DNA from: Acidobacteriota bacterium
GTDB lineage: Bacteria; Acidobacteriota; Blastocatellia; Pyrinomonadales; Pyrinomonadaceae
NCBI GenBank assembly: GCA_005790265.1
Contig: SXVE01000267.1
Span: 1 to 33,923, forward strand
Length of the DNA: 33,923 bases
Direction of reading: 5' to 3'
Numbering within the stretch: the stretch's first letter is position 1; each line of letters begins with the position of its first letter. Position numbers and translations under genes: made by a program. Of the stretch, positions 32,247 to 33,923 are shown piece by piece. The notes beneath the pieces were generated by a model. It did no database searches, was not told the origin of the DNA, and saw only the letters and a program-made list of their open reading frames with translations.

Positions 32247-32747
32247 TTAATACATCAAATCGCTGACCAGCAATTCCCAGTAACCGACATCAACCCATCT
32301 GCCGAGCTTGTAGCCGACTTCCCTAAATTGCGCGACTTTTTCAAATCCGAGACGTTCGTGGAAAATCACGCTCGGATCGTTCGGCAGAGAAATTCCGGCG
32401 ACGAGCGCGTGAATGTTGGTTTCCGCAAGCTGTTTGAACAATTCAACATAAAGCTGCGTGCCGACCTTTCGCTGTTTCGCCGCGTTTTTCACGTAAATCG
32501 AAACTTCCGCCGAATACGCGTAAGCCTGTCGCATCCGAAACTGCGCGGCGTAAGCATAACCGAGAATTTCGCCGTCTTCTTCGGCGACGAGATACGGATA
32601 ATCCTGCGTCACCTCAACGATGCGCGCCCGCATTTCATCACCGCTCAACGCTTCGGTTTCAAATGTGTGATGCGTATATTTGATGTAATAATTATAAATC
32701 TCCGCAATCTGCGCGGCGTCCGTTAATTCAACTTGGCGAATATTCAT
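32247..32747 (-). CDS. GNAT-family N-acetyltransferase (phosphinothricin-acetyltransferase-like subgroup)
   Basis: The N-terminus is IRQVELTDAAQIAEIYNYYIKYTHHTFE. The acetyl-CoA loop is KQRKVGTQLYVELFK. The C-terminus is ...FHERLGFEKVAQFREVGYKLGRWVDV, typical of PAT/YwnH-like GNATs. Confidence 0.8.
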   Translation of the reverse strand: MNIRQVELTDAAQIAEIYNYYIKYTHHTFETEALSGDEMRARIVEVTQDYPYLVAEEDGEILGYAYAAQFRMRQAYAYSAEVSIYVKNAAKQRKVGTQLYVELFKQLAETNIHALVAGISLPNDPSVIFHERLGFEKVAQFREVGYKLGRWVDVGYWELLVSDLMY

Positions 32748-32752
32748 TTCGG

Positions 32753-33923
32753 TTATTTTAGTTCCATTTTCGCGATTGATTCAAGATGAACTTCGTCAGG
32801 ACCGTCGGCGAGCCGCAGAGTTCTGGCGTAAATCCAGAAGTTGGCAAGCGGGAAATCCTGCGAAACGCCCGCGCCGCCGTGCGTTTGAATCGCGCGGTCA
32901 ATGATTTTCAGAGCCATTTGCGGCACGACGGCTTTAATCATCGCGATTTCTTTTCTGGCTTCTTTATTTCCCTTTTCGTCCATCATCCACGCGGTCTTTA
33001 AAACGAGCAGACGCGCCTGCTCGATTTCCGTGCGCGCTTCGGCGATCCAGTTTCTGATAACGCCTTTTTCGGCAATCGCCGCGCCGAACGCGACGCGATT
33101 TTTCGCGCGTTCTTTCATCAAATCGAGCGCGCGTTCGGCAACTCCGATCAGGCGCATACAGTGATGAACTCTGCCCGGACCCAATCTTCCCTGCGCGATT
33201 TCAAAACCGCGATTTTCGCCTAAAAGCAGATTTTCTTTCGGCACGCGCACGTTTTCAAACGAAATTTCCGCGTGTCCGTTCGGCGCGTCGTCGTAACCGA
33301 AAACGTGCAAAATTCGCTCGACTTTCACGCCCGGCGCGTTCATCGGCACGAGAATCATTGACTGTTGCAGGTGTTTCGCCGCCGATTCATCGGTTTTTCC
33401 CATAAAAATCGCCAGCTTGCACCGCGCGTCGCCCGCGCCGGTTGACCACCATTTTCTGCCGTTTAAAATGTATTCGTCGCCGTCTTTTTTGATCGAAGAA
33501 CGAATATTCGTCGCGTCCGATGAAGCAACTTCCGGTTCGGTCATCGCAAAACACGAGCGAATTTCGCCGTTGAGCAGTGGTTTCAGCCATTCATTTTTCT
33601 GTGCGGCGGTTCCGTAGCGTTCGAGCACTTCCATATTTCCCGTGTCCGGTGCCGAACAATTGAAAATTTCCGACGACCAGACGACTCTGCCCATCGTTTC
33701 GGCGAGCGGCGCGTATTCGAGATTGGTCAAACCGGAAACTTCCGGCAAAAACAAATTCCACAAATTTTCCGCGCGCGCTTTCGCTTTCAAATCTTCCATC
33801 AAACCGGACGGCTGCCAGCGGTCGCCCGAATTGATTTCCCGTTCGTAATTTTTCTCGTTCGGGTAAACGTGCGCGTCCATAAACGCCTGCAAACGCCGTT
33901 GCAGTTCGACGGTTTTCGGTGAA
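32753..33923 (-). CDS. Acyl-CoA dehydrogenase family protein (ACAD10/11- or FadE2-like), 5'-partial at the window edge
   Basis: The frame stays open upstream of the listed start: [23 protein letters not shown] continues to nt 33923. ACAD landmarks are [41 protein letters not shown] and [15 protein letters not shown]. Confidence 0.85.
   Translation of the reverse strand, partial: SPKTVELQRRLQAFMDAHVYPNEKNYEREINSGDRWQPSGLMEDLKAKARAENLWNLFLPEVSGLTNLEYAPLAETMGRVVWSSEIFNCSAPDTGNMEVLERYGTAAQKNEWLKPLLNGEIRSCFAMTEPEVASSDATNIRSSIKKDGDEYILNGRKWWSTGAGDARCKLAIFMGKTDESAAKHLQQSMILVPMNAPGVKVERILHVFGYDDAPNGHAEISFENVRVPKENLLLGENRGFEIAQGRLGPGRVHHCMRLIGVAERALDLMKERAKNRVAFGAAIAEKGVIRNWIAEARTEIEQARLLVLKTAWMMDEKGNKEARKEIAMIKAVVPQMALKIIDRAIQTHGGAGVSQDFPLANFWIYARTLRLADGPDEVHLESIAKMELK

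Noticed and set aside
1-33923. Search for tRNA, rRNA, integrase, transposase, inverted terminal repeats or other island boundaries
   Set aside because: No GGTTCGAAT-type T-arm or its complement was found. No recombinase-like ORF was found. Codon style shows no abrupt switch between genes. The window looks like native chromosome rather than a mobile or horizontally acquired island.

Overview
This 33.9-kb window looks like ordinary chromosome, with both edges falling inside genes. I can support 19 protein-coding genes. I found no rRNA, tRNA, CRISPR array, transposase or integrase. The content is dominated by cell-envelope and cell-surface functions.

(1) nt 1-6500, plus strand: the 3' 6.5 kb of a giant adhesin-like protein. 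It contains beta-helix blocks, Ig-like domains, two Calx-beta domains, a cohesin-dockerin-cohesin unit and CarboxypepD_reg-like modules.
(2) A DinG/XPD-type Fe-S helicase.
(3) A secreted M36 (fungalysin-type) metalloprotease with a C-terminal cassette of six FG-GAP/VCBS repeats.
(4) Polyphosphate kinase 1.
(5) A membrane-anchored endonuclease/exonuclease/phosphatase (EEP) protein.
(6) A secreted protein with a CxxCH motif, a Reeler/DOMON-like module and the same six-repeat cassette.
(7) An 11.2-kb minus-strand type IV pilus supercluster. pilM-pilN-pilO-pilP-pilQ is followed by a minor-pilin operon: a GspH/FimT-like gene, a PilV-like gene, a 1022-aa PilX_N-type protein and a PilW-like gene with a Pro/Thr/Ser tail.
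(8) Housekeeping-type genes: an alpha/beta hydrolase, a TPR protein, a GNAT acetyltransferase and an acyl-CoA dehydrogenase (partial at the window edge).

Convergent gene pairs are separated by long perfect-palindrome intrinsic terminators.

The most unusual items are:
- the minor-pilin module built around a very large, uncharacterised candidate tip protein, in the same gene order as the Thermus pilA1-pilA2-comZ-pilA3 locus;
- the cohesin-dockerin-cohesin unit inside the adhesin;
- the CxxCH/Reeler-like protein;
- the six-repeat cassette shared by two otherwise unrelated secreted proteins.

I do not see a defence island or a mobile element. The repeat families and codon style suggest an Acidobacteriota-like lineage, but that is inference only. 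All domain calls come from reading motifs by eye and need HMM or structure searches to confirm.
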